Under the pieces are notes generated by a model. That model ran no database searches and was not told where the DNA came from. It saw only the letters and a program-made list of their open reading frames with translations. From Octopus sinensis (lineage: Eukaryota): a stretch of 64,000 nt of DNA. The stretch covers positions 212,412,001 to 212,476,000 of the forward strand of contig NC_042997.1 of the NCBI RefSeq assembly GCF_006345805.1. Reading direction: 5' to 3'. The translations under genes were made by a program, and so were the position numbers. Numbering within the stretch: the first letter of the stretch is position 1; each line of letters starts with the position of its first letter. Shown one piece after another: positions 1 through 11,663 of this stretch.

Positions 1-299
1 CCAATATGTTGTGTTCCAAAAATCCTTTGAAAAATGAAAAAATAGCGATGGGAACAGGTGAAGGATGTCACTGGAAGTTCTTAGCTTGAACTTTGCACTC
101 TACACAATAACCTGTGAGTAACTGTGTAATTTGTGTCCTCCTTTCACAACAAAGCAGCCCTTTTTAGGATGGCACTGCCCTCCTCCTATGGTGGAGGGGT
201 CAAGAAAATGCAACCTAAAAATTGCTTGCTTGCATTGTTCCTTGTCATTTGGTGCAAATGAGTGAGCATCCAAAACTGCAGCAGAAGATTAAGCAAATC

Positions 300-1400
300 C
301 AAAACAAAAAAATCCTTTTCATTGCATTTTGGAATGTGAGCAAGAAAAACAGAACATAGGACCTCTTTGGTTGCTTGTGTCTCTCTTTCAGAAAGTAGAT
401 TAGTGGACTGTGGCCAGTCACAGGAGTTTGATGGTGGACACACTTTTTCCTGGATGGGTAACCCTCAGGAAGTAAAGGAAGAGGTGGGTGTTGGGTTTGC
501 TATTCAGAACAACTTGGTGAAACTTCTTAAATCTCTGCCTGTTGGCATTAATGAAATACTCATGTCTTGGTGTATCTGCATTGACAAAAATAAATACTTT
601 CAACTGCTATGATCCAACCATGAACTGAAATGAAATAGTCAAAGAGCAGTTCTACTCTGAGCTACATAGTTGAGCCAGTCAAGAGATATGATAAATGTCT
701 GTGATTTCAATGCATGTGTAGGTTGTAATACATCTGTATGGGCTAATGTAATAGGGAAGCATGAGGTTGCTATCACTTTGTGGTGAGTATGGACTTGTGG
801 TTATCACTACTATTTTTCAACTCCCCAACCACCTCTAAACTGCCTGGAAGCACCCCCCATCAAACCATTATCACCTCATTGATTACATAACTGTGAATTC
901 TTTCATGAGAGAAGTTTTCCAAGTAACAAATTCTTTCTCCATTGGGGATGATGGTCTGATCATAGACGGATACAATCAAAGGTGACTTTTACTCTTTGCA
1001 GTCCTATTCATAGCAATCGCACCTGACCAACTGGAAAAGTGGATGTGACAAAGCTGAGGAAAAAATGACAATTTATACCCACTTCAAACAGACTGACAAC
1101 AAACAGCCAACATCACAGACAACACAGATATTGAACCAGCGTAGTCTGCTTTTAAAACTGCTGCATTTAAGTCATCTTGTGAAACACTCAGGCATGTTAA
1201 GAAGAAGCATAGAGATCAGGTCGACTCAAATGATCCAAACATCTTTCATCTTTTGGACAAATACACAAGTGCCACTGTCAATGGATGTCACATAAAACCA
1301 ATGCCACAAAATGCAACAAGTTTGAAAAGGCCAGGAATACCCACCAACCTCAACTGAGGCAAAGGAAACAAACATGGTGGCAAAAGCAGGCACAAGAGTG
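300..1400 (+). mobile_element. Degraded RTE-clade (BovB-like) LINE, 5' part encoding AP endonuclease
   Basis: Fragmented frames give FIAFWNVS, VSLSESRLVDCGQSQEFDGGHTFSWMGNP..GVGFAIQNNLV..LPVGINE (ORF 367-612), FYSEL, DFNA.VG and HLIDYI motifs typical of RTE APE domains; multiple stops and frameshifts. Confidence 0.85.
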
Positions 1401-1489
1401 GCAGAATTTAAAGGGTGTTTTTGGACCCGTATTTGATGGTTCAACTCCTATACTTTCAATTGAGGGCACTCTTTTCATACACTCACACT

Positions 1490-1493
1490 TTCT

Positions 1494-1536
<43 letters not shown>
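1490..1536. repeat. (TC)n microsatellite
   Basis: Direct inspection. Confidence 0.95.
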
Positions 1537-2402
1537 CACAGATTATTGGTTGTCAAATCACTGGTCCACATGACAAAGTTAAAACCCAACAACAAACACA
1601 ATGATTTCAACTTAATAAAAGATGTCGAGAAAGAAATCACAAAACCTCTTTCTCTGTTTTGGTAACTTCCACAATAATTCCACCCCTCCTTTTATTTTTA
1701 TTTTCAAGGACATTTATTTAAAATATGAAATGATCTTATATTTTGCCACAACAAAACAGATTTAACAGTTGATGTTTATTGATAAAATAAAGCAAGGTTT
1801 ATTGTTATATTTGGGGAGGGTCATTTTGCCAGCAAACACACGCATTCTTTATTTGATCTTCACTTTAGCTTTATTCTTGTCTGAGTTCTTTTATCACACA
1901 TTCTGTGACTCCTTCAATGACTATCTTTTCTTCTCCTTCTTCATCTCTCTGGTCTTATCCTGCCTGTTTAGTGGAATTCCCCAAGATGGAATAGACAGGA
2001 TAAGACCAGAGAGAAGAGGAGACATGGAGAATAGAAAGTGACTGAAGAAGTGACAGAATGTGTGATGGAAAGAACTCTAACAAATAGGCTAAAAATAATA
2101 ATAATAATGTTAAAGAGAAGATCAAATAAATAGTGTGGATGTTTAACTGGCAAAAACTATGACCATCCCCAAGTATAATGAAAAATGTTTCAGCACAGGA
2201 TTTCACATCAAAAGTTGTATTTTATTAATAATATCTTTTGACTCACCAACTTACAAAGAAAAATTTCACTCTTCAAAAATCACCTACGTTTTCCTCATTG
2301 TTAGAAAATTTCAAAACCACATCTATGACTGGTATTATTTGAGAGAAGAATTGTACTTAGTTCTTATTCTGCATGATCATCTAGCCGTATTTTAACCATT
2401 TT

Positions 2403-2641
2403 AACCAAAAGGCGGCGAGCTGGCAGAGACGTTAGCACGCCAGGCGAAATGCGTAGCCGTATTTTGTCTGCCGTTACGTTCTGGGTTCAAATTCTGCCGA
2501 GGTCGACTTTGCCTTTCATCCTTTCGGGGTCGATTAAATAAGTACCAGTTACGGACTGGGGTCGATGTAATCGACTTAATACCTATGTCTGTCCTTGTTG
2601 GTCCTCTCTGTGTTTAGCCCCTTGTGGGTAGTAAAGAAATA
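2403..2641 (+). mobile_element. tRNA-derived SINE family A, complete with target-site duplication
   Basis: Head ggcggcgagctggcag..gggttcaaattc; central gtcgactttgcctttcatcctttcggggtcgattaaataagtaccag domain; 17-bp TSD cgtattttaaccatttt at 2386-2402 and 2642-2658; near-identical copies at 22882, 27826 and 48993. Confidence 0.9.
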
Positions 2642-3261
2642 CGTATTTTAACCATTTTCCTGCATACAGGTAAAATCATTGACTCTGCCCAAATATGAAA
2701 CTAAAGTGGGTTTTTTTTTTTTCTGCGTCCATTTCACTAATTTCACTTGCATCTTTTGTTTTCTTTGTTCTGATAATCTTTTAAAATAATAATTCCAAAG
2801 TGTTTTTCATTGAAGGCAGGAATGTTTAGTTTTGAAATGTTTAATTTGCCTGGAATCAAACACCAAAGCACAATGTGAGCTGATTTTCAGTTCTACTTCC
2901 AGACAAACCAAAGCCTGAACAGTAGTTCTTGGATTTGTAAATAGGTCAACTATTTATGGTTATTGGAATTCATGGCATTTGAGAGAGAGGGTCATTATTG
3001 GATTCACGATCATCAAAGCTATCCTTCTTATTTAGAAATTTATCTGATTTTTATATGTGTATCAAATGCTAGATGAAAATCATTTGTAACATTCTCTATA
3101 TCTTAATGTGAATGGATTGTTGAGAGACTGTGGTGATGTTATTTCAACTGCTTCCATCTGATAACAAATTAAAAAGACTTGGAATTTTCTCTCCACTACG
3201 TCACTGTCATACATATTAACTAGAAACTTATTAACATCTCTTCATGCTTTGATTTTATTTT

Positions 3262-3275
3262 TATTATTATTATTA

Positions 3276-3312
<37 letters not shown>
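3262..3312. repeat. (TTA)n microsatellite at the 3' end of an R4/Dong element
   Basis: Direct inspection. Confidence 0.9.
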
Positions 3313-3314
<2 letters not shown>

Positions 3315-4230
3315 TGTTTGACTTTTGCTTTGCATTTGCACAAGTTGGCTCCAAGTCTCACACAGAGACCTCAAGAGACAACAAGTTAGAAGTTCATGTT
3401 GGTGTTATGCCTAGGGTACCATATATTTGGTTTTGTACTTAGTGTTGTACTAGTGAATGTTTAAGAAACCAAAAGAAATTATGTGTTTGTTTTAAAACTT
3501 GAGATTACATAGAAAGTATTTTGCGTAGGATATGAGCAGTTCCCATGAGCACTATCTTTGGAATTTCTGCCATTTTGGGGTTTCCTGGTATCTGAGCTAG
3601 GTAGCAATCAGCCCCTTTTCCTATCATTCCCAGGGCACCTATGACAACAGGTATTGTTTTAGTCTTCAGGTTCCACATTTTGCTGATTTCTATTTCAAGA
3701 TCTTTATATTTGCTCAGTTTTTGGTAGGTCTTGACAGATATGTTTATATCGATTGGTACAGTCATATCAATCAGGAGGCATGTTCTTTGTCTGACGTCTT
3801 TCAATATGATGTCTGGCCTATTCGCATCTATCTTTCTGTCAGTTTGAACGGTGACTTTCCTGAGGAGTGAGATGTGGTCATTTTCAAGTGTTGGAGGTGG
3901 TTTGTGTTCCCACCAGTTTTTATCCTGGGGCAGGTCCAGGTTTTGAAAATTACCCAGTGAATATACTGTGCTGCTCTATTATGCCTGTTGGGATACTCTG
4001 TAGGCACAAGAGGACTGCACATGGAGACAACATGATCAATGGTTTCATTTTGTTGTTGACATACACGACATGTTGGGCTACTGCCGTTCTTTAATATGTT
4101 GGCCTGGTAGTTCCTTGTAGGTAGGCATTGATCTTGAGCTGCTATGATAAACCCTTCTGTTTCAAATTTTAAGCCAGAGGCCATTAGCCAGTGATGGGTC
4201 AGGGCTTTGTCAACATCGGCATTATTCGCT
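3313..4230 (-). mobile_element. 5'-truncated R4/Dong-clade non-LTR retrotransposon (CCHC knuckle, restriction-like endonuclease, 3'UTR)
   Basis: ORF 3828-4184 ETEGFIIAAQDQ..CRVCQQQNETIDHVVSMC; ORF 3505-3804 CLLIDMTVPID..KLSKYKDLEIEI..IPVVIGALG..GTAHILRKIL. Confidence 0.9.
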
Positions 4231-4387
4231 CATTATCATCTTTGCTATAGAGTTTTAAGTCATCCATATAAAATAGACGACTTATTTTCTTGTCACCAAT
4301 TTTATATCCCTACCCTGTTCTGTTGAGTTCATTCGGAAGGGGTATTAAGGCTATGCAGAAAATTATAATTATTGTTATTATTATATG

Positions 4388-4820
4388 TTTGACTTTTGCT
4401 TTGTATTTATACAAGTTGACTCCAAGTCTCACCCAGAGACCTCAAGAGACAACAAGTTAGAAGTTCATGTTGGTATAGATATTATTATTGTTGTTAAGTT
4501 TTACTTCTCAGAAGTTTTGCTCATTACTGTTCTGGTTAATTCTATGAGAGCAGACAGAGATCTATTGCCAAAGATCTCACAGGGTTTGTTTCAATGAATT
4601 ATAAGACTTGGTACTTAGATGTTAAGCATCATGCAAGATACTTCACAACCAAGTACTAATCTCAAAATCTTACCTGTCCCAAATAGAGCAGTTTTTTCAG
4701 CATGTCCTCTGCTCATATCAATTCCAATTTCTCCGACATATTTCTCAGACTTGGTTCTTAGTACTCTGAGCCCTGAGTTCCCCTACAACCATTGGCATGA
4801 CAGTTACTCTGTTATTATTG
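4388..4820 (-). mobile_element. Second R4/Dong 3'UTR copy (4388-4474) plus 3' coding remnant of another Dong-like element (4560-4820)
   Basis: 4388-4474 repeats 3316-3403; minus frames of 4560-4820 give VMPMVVGEL..KTALFGTGKILRLVL, the Dong C-terminus. Confidence 0.7.
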
Positions 4821-4822
4821 GT

Positions 4823-5108
4823 GCAAGTGTCTTCTACTCTGGCCAAAGCCTTGTGAATGGATTTTGTAGATGGAAACTGAAAGAAGCCTGTTGCATATAT
4901 ATATATAGATGTGTGTGTGTGTCGGTATTTGTTTCCCACCACTGCTTGACAACCGGTGTTGGTTAGGTTATGTCCCTGTAACCTAGCTGTTCAGCAAAAG
5001 AAACCAACAGAATAAGTACCAGGCTTAAAAAGAAACAAGTTCTGGGGTCAATTGTTCATGGTGCTGCCCTAGCATGGCCTCAGTCTAATGACTGAAACAA
5101 GTAAAAGA
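4823..5108 (+). mobile_element. tRNA-derived SINE family B (internal microsatellite), partial
   Basis: gcaagtgtcttctact..aaagccttgtgaatggattt..gaaactgaaagaagcc..gcttgacaaccg..aataagtacc..gactgaaacaagtaaaag; shared with copies at 20121, 29283, 30240, 43560 and 59222. Confidence 0.85.
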
Positions 5109-5159
5109 TGAATTATTATTATTAAGATGGTGAGCTGGCAGAATCATTCACAGTCTTTT

Positions 5160-8100
5160 ATGTGCTTAAGGCCCTCTTTACTGTCTCCCCTAAGAGACAA
5201 ACTTTCTGTAGGAGCTCCACCAGGCCTTCTATTTCAATCTCCTCCAGCCATTTACCTATATCTTGGCTTACTGTTTCCCAATGCACCGATTATTACAAGC
5301 ACAACCTTTACAGTTTTCCAATTTCAAATTTTAAGGGATTCTATTTTCTTTGTTTTTCTTCCTCTTTCTTTACGATCCTGGAATCAAATGGGCATGGTGG
5401 GTCAATAAGTAAGCGACTTCGCTTTTCCTTATCTACAAATATTATATCTGGTCTATTATTTTCTAATTTCTTGTCTGTTTGAATTGTAAAATCCCACAAA
5501 ATCTTGCATTTCTCCGACTCCAGTATTCTTTCAACTCAATGATTGTACCATGTTTCCAGCTTCAAATCCCCATTTCTGGCACATTTTACAATGTAAAACT
5601 TTCACAACCTGATCGTGCCTCCATTTCTTATATTCTTCCTGTACCAACTTGGGGCATTCTTCCACAATGTGTGCCACTGACTCATTCCAAGTTCCACAGG
5701 CTCTACATTTTTCTGACACATTCTCTCCATATATATTTTCTTCTCGTGTTGTTTGTTTTTATTGCTTGATCTTGGGCTGCTACAATTAGGCTCTCTGTTT
5801 CTTTTTTTTTTTAATTGCTCTTTTGTTAACCAAGCCCAGGATTTCATCCCACCTACATCTTCAGTGGCTCTCCAAAATGGGCCATGCACAGGTTTCTCTT
5901 CAATCTGTCTGACATGCTTTCTTTCTATTTCGTTCTTGTCTTTTTCTCCTATTACACGCTTCATCATCTATTCTCTCTAAACTGTGCTGTTCTGAAAATA
6001 CTCTACTAGACTTTTTCTTTCCATCTGTATACATTCTTCTACTTTTATTAAGCCTCTTCCACCCTGATCTCCCCTCAAGTACAGCTTTCAAATGGTGGGC
6101 TCCATACATCATCAATGACTTCCTAGTTTTTCTGTCAAGTTTCTTTACATCATTTCTGGTCCAGTCTATAGTTCCAACTCCATATGTGATTAAGGATACT
6201 GCTCTTGAATTTATTGCTTCAATAAGATTTTTGGAATTCAGCTTTGACTGCAATAATTTCCTGACATTCCTTGTCCACTCTCTACTGGTAATTCGCTTTA
6301 TTTCTTCATTTTTTTAATTTCCTCTGTTTCCAGTATTCCCAAGAACTTACACCACTATCCTTTCTCAACCGCTCTCATTATTTGCCCATTTGCCATTTCA
6401 ATCCCCTGCCTTCTTTCAAATCTTCCATACCTACATCATTTGAGAAAATGCAAATAGTATGTACAAGACTTTCAAGCTGTTTTTCATTTTCCACATAAAC
6501 CTTTATATCATCCATGAAAAGGAGATGATTTATCTGACCATTTCCTTTTCCCAAATCATAAGCAATTTTTAACTTTTCATAGTATCATAGTGAGCGGTGT
6601 TATGGCCAATACAAATAGTAATGGAAATAAGCTATCCTTTTGGAATATTCCTCATCTGATATTCATTTTTTGGAGGTTTTGTTTTCCTCCTATCAATTCA
6701 GTATTCCAAAATTTTATATGTTCATTAAGCATTTTTTCCATGTTTTTTGCTATTCCAAACATGTTCATTGTTTCACTTATCCAATTACATGGTTCCGTGT
6801 CCTGCATTTTTGTAATCTAACCATGCTACATTCAATTCCGTCAATCTTTTGTTGCCCTGCATTATTTCCTGCATCGTTTCTGTTCTTCTGGAAGTAGATT
6901 CTTACTTTCCAGATGGTTGTATAACTCTTCCATTGAGACACCGGTCAGAAGCTTCCACAGTAGTGGTAGACATGTTACAGGTTGAAAATTTGATGCCAAG
7001 TTCCCTTTCAAGGAATCCTTGAGGCATAGTAACACTTGTCATCCAGTCAGGGATGTGACTTTGCTGCCGGCAGTCATCCAGTTACGCAGCGATCCTTTCA
7101 TGCAACTCTGTAAAGTTCTTCAGCCAACAGCCTCGTACCCCATCCAAACCTGGTCCTTTCCAATTTGCTATTTTTGAAAACTTCTGTCTCACTGTTTTAT
7201 AGATTAATTCTGATGTCCTTTTGTCTTGGTGCAGTTGCAAGTTGCCTTTCTACCTTTGTTAGTCACTCCACACTTTCTTTTTGTCCCACCGATCGGTTCC
7301 ACAGCCTTCTTCAAAATTCTTTACCTTCTTGCACATCTGGTACCAGTTCCAGGTGTTGGTCTCCCTCTCTTTCCTCAAATAAACACCTTCTATTTGATTG
7401 GAACACTCTATTCTGTTTGAAACCTTTGCATCTTGCATCATATGTTTTCAATTCAGCCCTTAATGCTGTCCCCTTTCGTGTCAATTCCTTACATACTCTT
7501 TGTTTTCCTCTTACCTAACCCCTACTCTTCTCCATTCAATTTTCTCATGACTTCCTCACATCTTCAGTTCTCCTCTCATTATTCTATTTAATTGTCCCAC
7601 GTCTTTCCATGTCTTCTCCAGCTTCATTCTTATTCTCTTCTTCCAGTTTGCTTCTTTCTCTTTTCATTTGCTTTTATATCTTCAGTTTTTCGCTTGTACC
7701 CTGCTATGTTAGCAGCACCTATGATTACCTGCTTTCTTTCACTGATGTCTTTTTTGGGTTCTAATCGAGCTTAAAACGTCATTTACTTTGCCTCTGGCTT
7801 TCCTCACTTGTTTTCTGTCCACATATCTTTCATTCCACGATACTTCATTGTTTCCATCAGACATTTTACCTCGCAACATTTCTAAAATCTCCTTCTCTTC
7901 ACCATTCAAGTCTTGTGCACTACTTACTGTCACTTGTCCCTCTTGATCATCTTTATTAGTTGATTTAATTAATTATTCTCTGGTACTCTGCTGTTTCCAT
8001 CTGTTTCATATTCTTCATCCCTTACTCCTTCATTACCACTTTCTGCTTCTGCTCTTTTTTTTTATTGTTTCTCTGAATTTCTTCTATCTCTCCTCCCATA

Positions 8101-8830
8101 ATCCAGTCGTTCCTATGGATTGCCCTTGCTGGACGAATGCTTCAAAACCTCTTTTTCATCCCATATTCTCTTCCTTCGATTCATAAAGCCTCTTTTATTT
8201 GGTTCACTGCTCAGCCAAAATTCTATTACTATTTTATTATTTTCTTCTCATTTCATTTGTTTCCTTTTGCACTTTGGACTGCAATTTTGGTTCTGATCAA
8301 TAGCTTGATGACGAACTGCCGGAGCCTCATCAAATGCTCCCTGCCTGTCATGCTCAAGACCTTAACTGCTAACATTTCTGGTCCTGTTAGCGCAGTTGTG
8401 GTTATTATTTAATTTTGACATCACTCATTTAGAGGTTGCATTTGTAAGGTTGTGCAATTGTCAGTGTTTTTGTGACACCACCACCAGGTGGGTCGCTCTG
8501 AGAGCCCACACCTACCCTCATCTACACTGCTTTTAATGCCAGTCTCATTCAATCCATTGTTTTATATTTTTGCATTTGACATTTTCATTCCTGAGAATTT
8601 TATTATTGAGTGGCACAACCATCGGTGTTTTTATGGAGACCCCTTTTTTAGAGGGGTTGCCGACCAAGGCTAAAGTGACCCCACCAGACGCCAACCTGGT
8701 ATTTCTAAGTTTTGGGGTGGGCTTACAGCTACTGCATTTTCCCCCAACAGTCACCTGAAGGTAGTTGTGTTCTTCCCATGTTGTGACCCCTTAACTGGAT
8801 GCAGTCTGATGCCCTACGCCCGGCATTGTT
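5160..8830 (-). mobile_element. Near full-length but degraded R4/Dong-clade LINE (~3.7 kb; RT, CCHC, RLE)
   Basis: Minus frames: EPNKRGFMNRRKRIWDEK (N-term), ORF 7739-7933, LNSKNLIEAINSRAVSLITYGVGTIDWT..LDRKTRK (RT thumb, 5900-6253), CRACGTWNESVAHIVEECPKL (5531-5719), LLIDPPCPFDSRIVKKEEEK..LQKVCLLG (RLE end near 5160). Confidence 0.9.
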
Positions 8831-8909
8831 ATCCTTAGTATTATTACCCTTTGCTTGTATTGTTGGTGGTGGTGGTGGTGGTAGTAGCACTGTTGCAAGC
8901 TATTGTTCG

Positions 8910-10914
8910 CTTTGACTCTTACCATTTCTCTTTGACTCTTACCATTTCTCTTTGACTCTTACCATTTCTCTTTGACTCTTACCATTTCTCTTTGACTCTT
9001 ACCATTTCTCTTTGACTCTTACCGTTTCTCTTTGACTCTTACCGTTTCTCTTTGACTCTTACCATTTCTCTTTGACACTTACCATTTCTCTTTGACTCTT
9101 ACCGTTTCTCTTTGACACTTACCATTTCTCTTTGACTCTAACCATTTCTCTTTGACTCTTACCATTTCTCTTTGACTCTTACCGTTCTCTTTGACTCTTA
9201 CCATTCTCTTTGAACTTACCATTTTCTTTGACTCTTACCGTTCTCTTTGACTCTTACCGTTTCTCTTTGACTCTTACCATTTCTCTTTGACACTTACCAT
9301 TTCTCTTTGACTCTTACCGTTTCTCTTTGACACTTACCATTTCTCTTTGACTCTTACCATTTCTCTTTGACTCTTACCATTTCTCTTTGACTCTTACCGT
9401 TTCTCTTTGACTCTTACCATTTCTCTTTGACTCTTACCATTTCTCTTTGACTCTTACCATTTCTCTTTGACACTTACCATTTCTCTTTGACTCTTACCAT
9501 TTCTCTTTGACTCTTACCATTTCTCTTTGACTCTTACCATTCTTTTGACACTTACCATTTCTCTTTGACACTTACGTTTCTTTGACACTTACCATTTCTC
9601 TTTGACTCTTACCATTTCTCTTTGACACTTACCATTTCTCTTTGACTCTTACCATTTCTCTTTGACTCTTACCATTTCTCTTTGACTCTTACCATTTCTC
9701 TTTGACACTTACCATTTCTCTTTGACTCTTACCATTTCTCTTTGACACTTACCATTTCTCTTTGACTCTTACCATTTCTCTTTGACTCTTACCGTTTCTC
9801 TTTGACTCTTACCATTTCTCTTTGACTCTTACCATTTCTCTTTGACTCTTACCATTTCTCTTTGACACTTACCATTTCTCTTTGACTCTTACCGTTTCTC
9901 TTTGACACTTACCATTTCTCTTTGACTCTTACCGTTTCTCTTTGACTCTTACCATTTCTCTTTGACTCTTACCATTTCTCTTTGACTCTTACCATTTCTC
10001 TTTGACTCTTACCATTTCTCTTTGACTCTTACCATTTCTCTTTGACACTTTACCATTCTCTTTGACTCTTACCATTTCTTTGACTTTTCCATTTCTCTTT
10101 GACTCTTACCATTTCTCTTTGACTCTTACCATTTCTTTTGACTCTTACCATTTCTCTTTGACTCTTACCATTTCTCTTTGACTCTTACCAGTCTCTTTGA
10201 CTCTTACCATTTCTCTTTGACTCTACCATTCTCTTTGACTCTTACCATTCTCTTTGACTTTTACCATTTCTCTTGACTCTTACCATTTCTCTTGACATTT
10301 ACCATTTCTCTTTGACTCTACCATTTCTCTTTGACTCTTACCAGTTCTCTTTGACCTATTACCATTTCTCTTTGGACTCTTACCATTTCTCTTTGACACT
10401 TACCATTTCTTTGATCTTACCATTTCTCTTTGACTCTTACCATTCTCTTTGACACTTACCATTTCTCTTTGACTCTACCATTCTCTTTGACACTTACCAT
10501 TCTCTTTGACTCTTACCATTTCTCTTGACTCTTACCATTTCTCTTTGACTCTTACCATTCTCTTTGACTCTTACCGTTTCTCTTTGACATTACCATTTCT
10601 ATTTGACTCTTACCATTTCTCTTTGACTTACCATTTCTCTTTGACTCTTACCATTTCTCTTTGACTCTTACCATTTCTCTTTGACTTTACCATTTCTCTT
10701 TGACTCTTACCATTTCTCTTTGACTTTTACCATTTCTCTTTGACTCTTACCATTTCTCTTTGACTCTTACCATTTCTCTTTGACTCTTACCATTTCTCTT
10801 TGACTCTTACCATTTCTCTTTGACTCTTACCATTTCTCTTTGACTCTTACCATTTCTCTTTGACTCTTACCATTTCTCTTTGACTCTTACCATTTCTCTT
10901 TGACTCTTACCGTT
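8910..10914. repeat. 20-bp tandem satellite, ~100 copies, unit CTTTGACTCTTACCATTTCT
   Basis: Direct inspection; variants gacactt and accgtt; indel-rich stretch ~10050-10750. Confidence 0.98.
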
Positions 10915-11537
10915 GCTGGGCCTTTCTGGCCTTCGTTGCTTTTCTCTGATCGTTTCTCTTGCTTTTGTGTTTGTCTTCGTCCTCGTAGTTGACTGCGTTG
11001 GTGGCATGGCTTTTGACATAATGTACTTGGGGTACTTTCGAAGGCCTTCCAGAATGAAGTGCTAACGTTCATCTTCCTCGACATGCTGTTCCTGCCTATT
11101 TGAGGAAGATATTCTGTGGAGTCAGGGTGGGGGCTGCTGGATGGATTTTTGGTTTGGTCTATGTTAGGAACGAGAAGGGTTAACGGGGTTAGATTAGCCA
11201 TATATGTGCACTGGATCGTTATTCTCATGGCCATTCAGACTGCTTGGTTCATTTTCAAATAGCTGTCTGGTTGGTCAAGAGGAAGCTGCTTGGTGGTGGA
11301 TAGGGGCTGGTTGTTTGGTGTCTAGCGTATGGATGTGGGAGGACAGAGACAAGTTTCTGTTGGGAAATTAAATTTGAGGACTGGAAAATTAAATTCAAAT
11401 CTAAATTTAAGACACAGGATACAGGTTTTGAAGAGACATATCCTATATATTTATACAAATATTTGTGTATTATGATGTTAAGATCATAACTTACAATTTT
11501 TTCTCTGGAATGTCCTGGGATGTAAATAAACACCCTA
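10915..11537 (+). mobile_element. Probable 3' end of a LINE (tentatively L1/Tx1-like); a second diverged copy at ~11640-11665 plus 14393-14562 is split by the mariner
   Basis: 11366-11537 aligns with 14396-14562 (aaaattaaattc..gtattatgatgttaagatcataactt..tgtaaataaacaccct); frame ends ..CWEIKFEDWKIKFKSKFK..* followed by aataaa; clade assignment is weak. Confidence 0.4.
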
Positions 11538-11663
11538 CTTATTTTTGAGTAGCAACTGAACTACATGTTTGCAGAAAATGAGTGGGAAAGAGGGAGTGTG
11601 AGGGATGTATAGGGAGGGTGCAATTGAGATTATTCCTCGTGGGGTAAAGTTTCTTTCAAGAAA

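Noticed and set aside
1542-1661. Exon-like 120-nt segment after (TC)n with cag/gt boundaries
   Set aside because: No MCU similarity, and it has a stop in the phase required to join the 23808 exon; at most a cryptic or poison exon.
1972-2037. GIDRI peptide resembling the MCU upstream exon (RGIDRV)
   Set aside because: The surrounding residues do not match and the MCU-compatible phase gives an early TAG, so the match is coincidental. The true upstream exon is probably outside the window.
2850-3230. Minus-strand unique sequence with vaguely coding-like composition
   Set aside because: Stops in all frames and no recognisable family.
8910-10914. CRISPR-like array or repeat-coding ORF
   Set aside because: No unique spacers. 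The 20-nt unit cycles through frames and hits a stop every 60 nt on the minus strand (EKW*). The context is eukaryotic.
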